Shown: one piece after another, positions 27,300 through 38,485 of the stretch
How the letters are laid out: each line of letters starts with the position of its first letter
Position numbering within the stretch: position 1 is the first letter of the stretch
The notes under the pieces: model-generated
What the model was told of the DNA's origin: nothing
Databases searched by the model: none
Seen by the model: the letters and a program-made list of their open reading frames with translations, nothing else
Assembly: GCA_965112735.1 (NCBI GenBank)
Contig: OZ218961.1
Coordinates: 2,604,001-2,668,000, forward strand
From: Phaeosaccion multiseriatum
Taxonomy: Eukaryota; Protista; Ochrophyta, other classes
DNA: 64,000 nt
Reading direction: 5' to 3'
Translations under genes and position numbers: made by a program

Positions 27300-28442
27300 T
27301 CAACCCCCCCCCCCCTCTGCATGATTGACTGAGGCCGCCTCCGCCCCAGCAGCAGCCCCAGGTGGGCAAGCTTGGGCCTTCTCCTCCCAATCCCGCCTAG
27401 CATTCTCCATCTCGTGAGAGGCCGCGGAAGCAGCAGCGGCAACGGCAAACTCCACGCTCTCTGAGCAAGGCACCGTCGATGAGCATGATGAGTGTGATGA
27501 ATGCACATGCCCCACCGACCCTCCGACCTCCCTTTCCACCACGAAGATCTGACTGTCGTTCACTTGCACCTCCGCCAGCAGCGAGGCCACCAGAGCGCTC
27601 CAAGGTCTGAGAATCAAAGGACGTCGGATCTTCGAGTCAACGTTCCACCAAACGACGGGCGCACGGGCTGCTGCCTCTGCCGCTTTTGCTGCTGCCTCTG
27701 CCGCTTCTGCTGCCGCCACGGCCGCCACAGCCGCTGCTATCGCGCACTCTTCACAGCCAAGGTTGTTCTGTGCTTCCTCTTTCACCTCCTCCTTCCCGGC
27801 GAGGTGGTGCGGGCATATTCCCGATGCTGCTTGTGCTGCTGCTGCTGCTGCTGCCGCCGCGGCCGCCCCCGCCCCCGCCCCCCCTTGCTCTCCGTGCTTT
27901 GCGCCGCCTTGTCGTTGAGGGACCAAAGCGTACCAATGACCCGAGTCGAGGGACCATTTGCCTCCTCCGCTGCGGTGTACCAACACGCCAAGGGCCGAGT
28001 CGAGATTCAGCTGCTCCAGATCCTCCCTCGCCTTGTTGGGAAACGAGGGGTTGCCCCGAATGTGCTTGGTGATTCGGCACTGCGCCTCCGCGAGCGCCCG
28101 AGTCATCACACTCAAGTCATAGAAGCCCATGAATGGCAGGAACGAGCGATACGGGTTGAGTCCTTTCTTCTTGCCCCCGCCCTTTCTTATAAGGGCACAT
28201 TCCTCCTCCCACAATTGGTCCGCAATCCTGTCCATCCTCTTCTTTGTGACGATTTTTTGCCCACACAGGTTATTGATCGCACACAACCCACACATCATAC
28301 GCAGAGGCGACTGTCTCTCATGGTATATTGGCGGCTGAGGGGAGGTGGGCCTCAAACGCCTCAGTCTCCTCTTCCCCTTCCCCTCCTCCTCAAGCCCTCC
28401 ACGTGCTGTCGCGCTGCTCATGCTCCTCGTGCTGCCTTGCAT
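27300..28442 (-). CDS. Josephin-domain deubiquitinase (MJD family), intronless
   Basis: IYHERQ...MMCGLCAINN (catalytic Cys), FYDLSVMTRAL, GHWYAL (His), WWNVDSK. Confidence 0.85.
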   Translation of the reverse strand: MQGSTRSMSSATARGGLEEEGKGKRRLRRLRPTSPQPPIYHERQSPLRMMCGLCAINNLCGQKIVTKKRMDRIADQLWEEECALIRKGGGKKKGLNPYRSFLPFMGFYDLSVMTRALAEAQCRITKHIRGNPSFPNKAREDLEQLNLDSALGVLVHRSGGGKWSLDSGHWYALVPQRQGGAKHGEQGGAGAGAAAAAAAAAAAQAASGICPHHLAGKEEVKEEAQNNLGCEECAIAAAVAAVAAAEAAEAAAKAAEAAARAPVVWWNVDSKIRRPLILRPWSALVASLLAEVQVNDSQIFVVEREVGGSVGHVHSSHSSCSSTVPCSESVEFAVAAAASAASHEMENARRDWEEKAQACPPGAAAGAEAASVNHAEGGGG

Positions 28443-28799
28443 ATGCGTGAGAGAAAGGCCCTTGCTTTAGTAGAAGTGTCAATCATTCCCGTTGTCCTTT
28501 CTGCTCCCCTCCCTTTTTGCTCCGTCACGAGTCTGCGTACGCGAGAGAAAAAAAAACTTCCCTCCGGGGTCCGGTCAGCCTCAGTTCCCCTTGTAAGCTC
28601 CGTGAATACGTTCTCTCCCTCCCTTGGTTACTAAGAAAACTCTCCGCTACTGCTGCTGTTTGTTCCTTTTTGTTTTGTTTTTTCTCTCGTCTCTCTCACC
28701 ACTATGAATGACCCCATCGCCATCCGCTGCCTTCCAATTTGAAATCAAATTGGAAATTCCCGTCCCGGCCCGCTCTTTCCCCCCCCCCCCTTTGTCACG

Positions 28800-31700
28800 A
28801 TGCATCTTGTAAGAAGGGCGCAGGCTCTTGCCACGCCTCGATTGGCTCATGCGAGGAAGCGTAGTATCAGCTCTATCAGTAGCAGCTTTTCGGGACACCG
28901 TGACGGCGGCTTACTTATCTCTCGTAGCAGAGATGGTGCCATTTTTCAACAGAGACATAGGTATAGTAGCAGCGGCGGCAGCAGCAATGACGCAGCCTTT
29001 CGCAGGTAAGGATGACTTTTGAATCTGTCCAATATGGACCACCTCGGTTCCGGAAGAAGGCTGAAGTAGAGAAAGGAATTGGCAAGGAGATAAGGGAGGG
29101 AGGAGAGAGGGGAGGGAGTCACAAACGATCGAACGTCGAACCCCCTCCTTGTGCTTGCTTTGGGCCCTCCGTCTACCCTCCCTTGGGTCTGTCGCAGGAC
29201 CCGCATTCCGCGGTACTACAATGTGGTGGAGATACGAATGGACGGAAGCCACATACACACTCAAATGGACGTGCGAGAGGTACGCGAGGGGAGACTGGGG
29301 GGCTGGCAGAGCGACGCTAGGGGCGGGGCGGAGAGAGTGAGGTTTGGGGTTTGTTTGTGTCTTACAAGAACACGCACACACACGCACCATCCCCTCACGC
29401 GCCCGTGCTGCGCACGGCAAACCCATTATTTTGAACGAACCAAACGAAACAAAAAGAGACAACGTGGGGGAGTAAGTACATCAGTCTTCAAACTCCTTGT
29501 GTGCACTTACCCGTTCATCCTTTGTTGTTGCCTTTGAACCACGCGACCCTCCATGGCGGGTGGGTTGGTTGGTGCTTCTTGTGCGTCCATGGCGATCGCT
29601 CTGGCCTCACCGCGCTGTCTGCTGCTACCGTTGGTGATATGATTTGGAAGGTGTTGGGTCACTTTGGCCTGCATGCTCGTGATATCATCGAGTTAGGGCT
29701 GGGGGATGAAGCGGCGCATCCCTCCGTGGCTCTGTCCATCTCGCAGCCTCCGGTGGTGTTGCCCAGAAAGAGAGTCATTGGAGTAGCCATGGCCCACGTC
29801 AAGGCACTCATCTTCAAAGACAGGTCCGGAAGGGAGGGGGAGGGGGGGGGAGGAGGGGAGGGGAGAGGGGGGGGAGGGAAGGGAAGGATGGGGAGAGGGA
29901 GGGGAGAGGGGGAAACAGCGAAGAAGGAGAGGGGAGTTGGAGAGCAAAAGCTATATCCGAACTCTCTGTCTCAGCCACCACCCCCTCGCCCCCCTCCTCA
30001 CCTCACCTTCTTTGTCTGCTCCTCGCTCGGACTATACTGCCACAGATGTTTGCTATTCGACGCACACCGACCGTCAGGTGGGGATTTTTTTTTTTCTCAT
30101 ACAAAAGGAACTAACTTAAGGGTGATGACTTGTAGTTGAGCTCAAGGGTGCTTTCGATATTCAATTACCGATCTCTTGATTTGTGGTGCAGTTGAGTTCA
30201 GTCCGTAAGACCTTAACCCAAACATTGACCTTCCCCTCCCTTCCCCTCCCTTCCCTTCCCTTCCCTTCCCTTCCCCTCCCTTCCCCGTGGAGCACGTCTG
30301 TGTGTGCGTGTGTGCGTGTGTGCGTGTGTGCGTGTGTGCGTGTGTGCGTGTGTGTGTGCGCGCCTAATGTCGGAGCGTGTGCTAAAGTTAACGTGTTGTT
30401 GCTTGGCTGTATGTCTATATCCATGGCACCCTCTCACCCTCCTTCCCCATCCTATCATGCTTCTCATTCCTCCCGCCCGTGTGCGTGTCCCCCTTGTGCA
30501 GTTGCTCTGAGTGTGCATGCTCTCTCCACACTCATCCGCAAGAATATGGAGGACGCCTTGGAGATGGAGACAGACCCTAACAGAACCTTCGACTTTGAAA
30601 CAGCCGGCATGAAGGGTGGGGGGTCAGGCAGCAGCAGCAGCAGCAGCAGTAGTAGAGGTAACAGCACTGGCAGTGGCAGCAAAGAGGGCCATGGAGGAGG
30701 TGGCGTTGAGCCGTACCACTGCTGCCCTTCAACATTCAGCAGCAGCAGTAGCGGCAGCAGCAGCAGCAGTAGCAGCAGCGATGTGACCCTGGATATTGAC
30801 ATTTCGCAGGGGGGGGGGGAGGAGAGTGGTATAGAACTCCCGACTCGCCCGCCCCACCCTGGCAACAACAACAACAACAACAACAAGAGCGAAGCGAAAC
30901 CGAAGGAGTTGGTGATACAGCACCATGAGGTGGTCCCGTGGCCCTTCGAACTGGCTGTGCTGGAGGCCGTGGTGCAGGAGGTAGTGGCGTCTTATCAGCG
31001 CAGAGCAAGGCTATTCAGCAAGGTCGTCCGCTCAGGTGTGTGTGTGTGTGCGTGTGTATGTGTGTGTGTGTGCGTGTATGTGTGTGTGTGTGCGTGTGTG
31101 TGTGTGCGTGTGCGTGTGTATGTGTGCGTGTGTGTGTGTGCATGTGTGTGTGCGTGTGCGTGTGTGTGTTGTTCTGTGTGTGTATGGGTATGTATGTGCG
31201 TGTGTGTGGTCGTGTGGTCGTGTGGTCGTGTTGTGTATGGGTGGGTAGGTGTATGCCTGTCATTGCCTTAGGAAATCACCCCCCTTCCCTCCCCCTGCTC
31301 TGCTCTCTGATAGTCCTGGACCAGGTGACCCAACAGACTCACCTCGGCACTCAAGCGGACTTCCACAAGCTCGGTGAGTACATGCACAGCAGTTTCAGTT
31401 TGAGTTGACGTTCATTGACCCGCTCTCCATCTTTTGCATCCCTGTGGACATAGCTCAGCTCCGACTCACTCCCACTACGAAGTAACTCATTCTCTCATTC
31501 ACTCACTCACTCACTCACTCACTCACTCACTCACTCTCTCACTCACTCACTCACTCACTCACTCTCTCACTCACTCACTCACTCACTCACTCACTCACCC
31601 ACTCACTCACTCACTCACTCACTCACTCTTTAAATCTTTTCCCACTCACTCTCACTCACCCACTCACTCACTTTAAACGCATCGACTCATCCACCATGGC

Positions 31701-34700
31701 TCCGCTCCTGCTCGCTTCTCCTCCTGCTCTCTCTCTCCCTCTCTCGCTCCTCCTCCTCCTCCTCCTCCTCCTCCTCCTCCTCCTCCTCCTCCTCCTCCTC
31801 CTCCTCCTCCTCCTCCTCCTCCTGCTCTCTCTCTCCCTCTCTCGCTCCTCCTCCTCCTCCTCCTCCTCCTCCTCCTCCTCCTCCTATACCACCAACTGCT
31901 CCATCACTGGCACTCTCCCCTCTCCAGCCCCCATTCGAGCCGCACTGAAGGATTGCGAGCTCAAGACAGAGGAGCTGCGCAACTGCTTTGCTGACTTACT
32001 CAGGAGTGATGAGGACATGATCGCGCTGCTCCTCACCGAGAAGGAGAGGTGAGCGAGTGAGCACGGACACTGGATGGCAGCTGATGGATGGATGGATGGG
32101 TGGATGGCAGCTGATGGATGCATGGGTGGGTGAATGTATGGACCTTTGAACTTTGAACGGGACCGGTCTTCCGACCACCGGCAGTGCCAGTTTCCAGCTT
32201 TCAGTCTCAATTTGAGTTTCAAACGCATGCATGCCCACAACGCAGGGTCGGAAACAACGCGATTGTGGAGTACGAGAAGCATAACATGGTGAGTTTGTGA
32301 ATCAGTGAGTGAGTGAGTGAGTGATTGAGTGAGGGAGGGAGGGATTGCGTGAGTGCGTGAGTGCGTGAGTGCGTGGGTGCGTGAGTGGGTGAGTGAGGAA
32401 GAGATAGTGCCATGCCATCACCTCATTTCCATATACCTCCGTCTTCGTCCGTATGCCTCCATGATCATCCCAGGTGGAGCTGCTGCTGGAGCGGTACCAT
32501 CGCCAGCTTCTCATATCACAGCACGAGGTCAGAGCAAGTTAGAGCTGGTCAGGGAGGGAAGGACAGGGGAGGAATCAGAGCTTCGCCGTCCATACCACAC
32601 GCCTGTTGACAGCCTCCCCGAGAGCGATGAGTCTGAGCATGTTTAGTTCACCCCTATTATACTTTCTATCCGGAAAGGAAATAAAGAGGAAGAGTGTCCA
32701 AATATTGCCCAAATATTGTCTAAATTGATAGAATAGAATGATTGAACCGCTTTACCCTCACGCCCCCCCCCCCGTATCCCCCTATTCCCCACAGGTAGCT
32801 GTGATGATGAGTGAGCTGCAAGGCGCCCAGGAGCTTGCTGCCATCAACCTCGATCTGTTCCGGAACAGAATGATGTAAGTAGGCACCTCTCTACCTTCCC
32901 TTTCCTTCCCTTTCCTTCCTCCTGTTCATGTCAGTATGTAACGTGTCTCCCTCTCTCTCCCCTCTCTCTTCCCTCTCCCTCTCTCTCTCCTCCCTCCCTC
33001 CCTTTCTTCTCTCTCTCTCCCTTATCTCCCACTCTCTCCTCTATCCCTCTCTCTCTCCCTCCCTCTCTCTCCCTCTCCCTTTCCCTCTCTCTCCCCTCTC
33101 TCTCCTTCTCTCTCTGTCCCCGTCTCTCTCTCTCCTCTCTCTCCTTTCTCTATCTCTGTATGTGTGCTCCCCCCCCCCAACCTCGTCCCCCGGGGGTCCC
33201 TTAGCCGTATCGAGATGCAACTGACCATGCTCAGCATCGGCGTGGCCATGGGAGGAGCTCTTTACGTAAGTTTACGTAGTCTTTCGAAAGGAGGAGTAGA
33301 GAAGAGTAGAGTAGAGAGAGAGGGAGAGTGTGGAGAGTACTTGAGGGATGGAACACACTGTCTGACGGCATCGTTTCGTGTTCACCCTTCCTCTCTCTCT
33401 CTCGTTCTCCCTGTGTCCTCCTCTCCTCCCACGTGTCGCTTTACTGCCTTACTGCACAGGGAGCAATGGGGATGAACCTCATGCACGGTGAGAGGAGTGG
33501 CGGTTACGGAAAGGCAGACGGACAGGACGGCTTCGCAGTAGACGTCGATGAAGAAGTCTTTCTTATGGACCACCACTCCCACACACCACACCCTCACACC
33601 CACACACCACACCCTCACACCCACCCACCCACCCACCCACCCACCCATCCACCCACCCAACCACCCACCCACCCACTCATCCACACACCCACACACCCAT
33701 CCACCCACCCACCCATCCACCCACCCATCCATCCACCCACCCACCCACCCACCCACCCATCCAAACATCCACCCACACACCCACGCACCAACCCACACGC
33801 ACCCATTGACTTACTACCCATCCACAGGGGCGGAGGAGCTGCCCAACGCCTTCGGAGTGGCGGTAGGGTCGGGGCTGGGCATTGTCGTAGTGGCGTACTC
33901 GGGCTTCATTTTGTATTGGCGCTCGGTGGCAAACTCCAAGATTTTGGACACGCACTCAATAGAGACGGTTCAGTTTCAGAGCCTCTTGTCGCTCTTTTCC
34001 AAGGTGGGGGAGGGAGGGAGGGAGGGAGGGAGGGAGGGAGATGGGAGGGAAATGGGAGGGAGGGAGGGAGGGAGATGGGAGGGAGATGGGAGGGAGATGG
34101 GAGGGAGGGAGGGAGGGAGGCGTAAGGCAGAGCGCAGCCTTGGAACGATTAATGTGACAGTTACGATGCTACTTTCTTTCTGCAAGCCTTGCTTACTCTC
34201 CGTTCTTCTCCTCTCCTCCTCTTGCCTCTCTTCTCCTCCCCCCCTTCCCTCCCCTCCTTCCCTCCCCTCTCTCCCCCTCCCCTCTCTCCCCCTCCCCTCT
34301 CTCCACCTCCCCTCCCCTCACCTCTCCTCTCCTCTCCCCTCCTCTCCCTCTCCCCAGGTGGGCGCCATCGAAATCGTCCTTCGTGAAGCCCTGCGAGATA
34401 AGCAGCAACAAGCTCTGGCAGCTGAGGGAAAAGGGGCGTCCGCCTCAGGAGGAAAGGGGACACTGAAGAAACAAGAGTCAGAGACAGAGAAGACCACCAC
34501 CACCACCACCACCACTACCACCACCATGGGGGCAGGGAGGGAGAGAGAGGAGAAGCCTTCACAGCGACCATCATCATCATGCTCATTATCATCATCGTCA
34601 TCATCATCATCATCATCCGCGTCGGCGCCAGTTGTAGACCGGGAGAAAATGCGAAAGTTGCTCCTGCAGGAGACGGGCATAGCGTGTTCGGACGAGGAGC

Positions 34701-34822
34701 TGGACATGGTCTTCCACTTGCTGGATGAGGACGGCGACGGTTTCATCGAACGGCACGAGAGCGAGCACTTGGACAAGGAGATTGTGCCGCGTCGAGGGGG
34801 GGCGGGCGGGTGTGAGACGTGA
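28800..34822 (+). CDS. MRS2/CorA-family Mg2+ transporter with C-terminal EF-hand; ~14 exons; Arg/Ser-rich N-terminus resembling a mitochondrial presequence
   Basis: [74 protein letters not shown] (GMN motif), two TM helices, then [17 protein letters not shown]. Confidence 0.88.
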
Positions 34823-35174
34823 CGAGGGAGGGTGGGGGGAGGGGGAATTAATTGACTTTCTAGTATTATTATCGCGAGATTAAAGGAATCAACCTAAAAG
34901 CTATATTTGTATGTGTATTTAAAGGGGAGGAGGGGGAAATTATTGACTTATAGGAATCAACCTAAGAATTACGTATGTGTGTATGTGGAGGGGGGGGGGG
35001 GGGGTGGAGGACACGATTTGAGTCGCTCCCCATCGAACGCGTGACGAGCAGGAGAAGCGAGTGAGGTGGGACCTGGGGCCCTCTTGTCTGCCTCACACAC
35101 AGGCCCTCGACAAGGGAAGGGGGGAGGGGAATAGGGATAGCACCAGCTCAGGCAAACCATCTTCAGTGCCAGAG

Positions 35175-35258
35175 TCAGGGTCAGGGTCAGGGTCAGGGTC
35201 AGGGTCAGGGTCAGGGTCAGGGTCAGGGTCAGGGTCAGGGTCAGGGTCAGGGTCAGGG
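35175..35258 (+). repeat. (TCAGGG)14 perfect hexamer array, telomere-variant-like, intergenic
   Basis: Counted directly. Confidence 0.95.
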
Positions 35259-35741
35259 ACATTATCATCCCCGATGGTAGCCTGTTACGTAACGGGGTGG
35301 CGTATTTTAACTCAATTTTTTTGTGGTTTTCTTAGATTCACTGTCAACTAATCATCTCCAGATCGTGGCTCGTTGTTTCTCCATTCTCCCTTCTTCCTCC
35401 TGTCCCCCCCCCCCCTCCTCCTCCTCCTCCTCCTCCTCCTGCCCCCCCTCCTCCTTCTTCTTCGTTCTATCTCCTTATGTTCTGTCTTCCGATTGATTCA
35501 CCACCTCCCCCCCCAACCTTGGGTCCTCCATACCCCCCCCAAACAAAACATTGTTGGATCGTTGGTCCTTGACACCCCCTAACCTCAAACTCAAACTCAA
35601 ACACAACATACACGCCCATCCACAAGCCCCATGTGACATCTTCTCACGCACCCACGTACCCACGCACGCACTCACGCATGCCATCTATCTGTCCATCTGT
35701 CTATCTGTCTATCAATCCATTCCAAAAGCAATCTAATCTAA

Positions 35742-37992
35742 CTACGGTGTGGGCGGGCGGGCGATCTGCCCGGGCTTGAAGGTCTTAAAGAGGAAGGGAG
35801 GGAGTTGCTTCTTCCTGCTCGCCGCCTCCGCCTCCGCCTCCTTCACCACGTCTTTAGGGGCAAGGGCAAGCACATCGGCGATAACGCCCATCGAGGCATC
35901 GTAGTAATACTTGGACTGGGGAGGTAGGGAGGGAAGGAGGGAAGAAGAGGGAGGGAGGGAGGGAGGGAGGGAGAGAGGGAGGAAGGGAGGGAGGGAGGGA
36001 GGGAGGGAGAGAGGGGGAGAGAGTGAGGGAGGGGGAGGGAGGGAGGGAGGGAGAGAGGGAGAGGGATGGAGAGAGGGGGAAGGAGAGAGGGAGGGGGAGG
36101 AAGGGAGGGAGGGAGAGAGGGAGGGGGAGAGAGCGAGGGAGGGAGGGAGGGAGGGAGGGAGGGAGGAAGGGAGGGAGGGAGGGAGTGAGGGAGGGAGGGA
36201 AGGAAGGAGGGAGGGAAGGAGGGGGAGCGAGTGAGGGGGGGAGAGAGAGGGAGGGAGGGAGGGAGGGGGAGGGAGGCAGGGGGGGAGGGAGGGAGAGGGA
36301 GAGAGGGAGACGGAGAGAGGGAGAGAGGGAGGGAGGGAGGGGGAGGCAGGCAGGGAGGGAGGGGGCGTGAGGGAGCGGAGGGAGGGAGAGCAGACCTGAT
36401 TTCGGGCTCTCGTTTTCATGTACAGGGCGTTTCTGTACCTGCTGAATGTATTTGTCCGAGCCCTTGGGCAGATCGCCGTCATCGGACGGGGGTATGAAGA
36501 TCATCGTGTAGATGGACGAGTCGTAGTTGGAGAAGGTGGTGCTGAAGGGAAGGGGAAGGGGAGGAGGAAGGGAGGGGAAGGGGCAGGGGAACAGGGGGAC
36601 GGAGCGTGAAGAGTGCTGAGAGGCAGGGAGACGCATGTGCACAGCTCTCTCTCACTCACTCACTCACTCACTCGTACACGTACACGCACGCACGCATTCC
36701 CTCACGCACTCACTTACTCACTCACTCGCTCATTCATCTACTCACTGACTCACTCACTTACACACTCACTCACTCACGACTCACTCATGCACACACGCAC
36801 TCACTCTGCAACGCCCACGCTCTCCAACGCCTTGTCCAGCAAGTCGGCGTCCTCGCACTCATCGTACGAGCGCTTAAGCGTCTCCTGCAGCACCTGCCTC
36901 ACATCGTGAATAAGAAAAGGGCACAAGAAGGGAAGACGCTTAGATGACTCTGTAGGGAGCAACAGGCAGCAACATAGTACAGATACATCCACATACGTAT
37001 ACACTTATATACTATACGTAAGACTGTACTGCGATGCTCTGCTGCTTCCCAAGGCCTGCTGTCGTTTCACTCCTCACCTTGACGATGAGCAGTTGCTTAG
37101 TTACGTAGTTGACATTCGTTCTAGCCGGGTCATACTGAGGGGAGAGGTGTGTCGTAATGTAGGACAAGGAAGGGGAGAAGAAGAGAGTACGTGAGTGGAA
37201 GGCATACACGGAGGCTTCCCGAGTTCTTCCCGTGTTCAGGTCGTGGCTTTGCCATGGTGATTCTGTCCCACATCGCCGAGGCGTTCATCAGAGAGACCGT
37301 AGGAGAGAGCCCAAGATGAATTCGAGATGTACCGCAGGAGAGAGCCTAATACGAGACCTAGCGTAGGAAAGAGCCTAAGATAAACACGAGACCTGCCGTA
37401 GGAAAGAGCCGAAGATAAACACGAGACCTACCGTAGGAAAGCTCCTAAGAATAACGAGAGACCTAACGTAGGAGAGATTCTAAGATTAATACAATCCTTC
37501 CATCCTCTGTGCATTCTCTAAACCCTGCAGCGCTATCTCGCGGTTTAGCACAGATAGGTTACCTACCTGGGCTACGGAGAAGTACTCCATCGAGGGTATC
37601 AAAATCTCCTTGGCCAAGAGGAGGGTCGCGATGAGGTCCTGGTAGGATTTGCCCTTCAGCGTGGTCGAGGCTGAGAGATCACCGGCCACTACCTTCTTCG
37701 GAGCTGACACAACCACCGCGGCTGCTACCACCGCTGCCCCTTTCGTCCACTCCGCGACAAACCCGCGTCTACTCGCATGCTGTACCACGCCTACGCCTCG
37801 TCCTCCTGCTGGTCTGATTGCCACATTGCTGCCGCCTTCCTCCTTTCCTCCTCCCCTACTACTAGGCATGCTCGTCCTGCACTGGGCACGGGACACCCAG
37901 CCACCCCCCCAGCTGAAGCCCTGCGTCCAACTTGCATTTTGGAAGATCCCCACTGTGAGGATGAGCGTCGCACAGAACGACCGGCCCCTCAT
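35742..37992 (-). CDS. Predicted thylakoid-lumen (Tat-pathway) protein of unknown function; 5 exons
   Basis: Signal peptide (..TQG-F), transit region, SRRGF twin-arginine + hydrophobic stretch ending VVA; exons join: ...EYFSVAQ/YDPARTNVNYVTKQLLIVK/VLQETL...GVAD/TTFSNYDSSIYTMIFIPP...YIQQ/SKYYYDASMG...PPTP*. Confidence 0.65.
37290..37485. repeat. Degenerate ~34-bp minisatellite (GAGACCTaCCGTAGGAaAGAGCCtAAGATAAACAC-like, ~6 units) in an intron
   Basis: Repeated gagacct...cgtagga.agagcc.aaga units visible. Confidence 0.75.
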
Positions 37993-38485
37993 CTTGCAGA
38001 TCTTTGCACGAGGAAAGAGGATAGAGGCTTTGCCATTCCATCGCCAACTGTGAGTTCTTCCGGATCATCAGCTGCAGTGCGTGGCCGTCAAGGGGCATCG
38101 GGTGCCGTCCGCCATCCATCCGAAAAGCCGGATCAAAGCATCGCGGACTCGTCGGGTATTGTCCCGTCGTCTTCGTCGCCGCCGTCGACCGGTGGCAGGT
38201 CAGGGCACTCAGTACATGCCAAGACTAGGATCCGCTCGAGGTGTTCATGTCGTACCACTCTTAAAACTTTTTGACTTCAATACTCTGTGAGACAATTGGG
38301 TTGGCTCCGAGCCAGCAGCCCAGGAGCGGCAAATTCCCCCTCTCGCCTAGTCTCCGTCTAGGCCGCCGCCCTAGGCACTAAGCAGCGGCCTGGGGAACTA
38401 AATGGGGCTGACCATACTACTAGAACTGAACTTGATAGGGGATGAGTACCCAACGGTCTCTTAAGTAGTATAAAAGTAATTGAGT

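Noticed and set aside
27501-28634. 377-aa plus-strand ORF, and similar ORFs opposite PPR, DDB1 and the mucin gene
   Set aside because: Antisense shadows of GC-rich coding sequence.
10916-29640. Weaker matches to the dispersed motif (GTTGGTGACACA near 10916; GTTGGTGATAT near 29630)
   Set aside because: Too short or mismatched to separate from chance; not counted.
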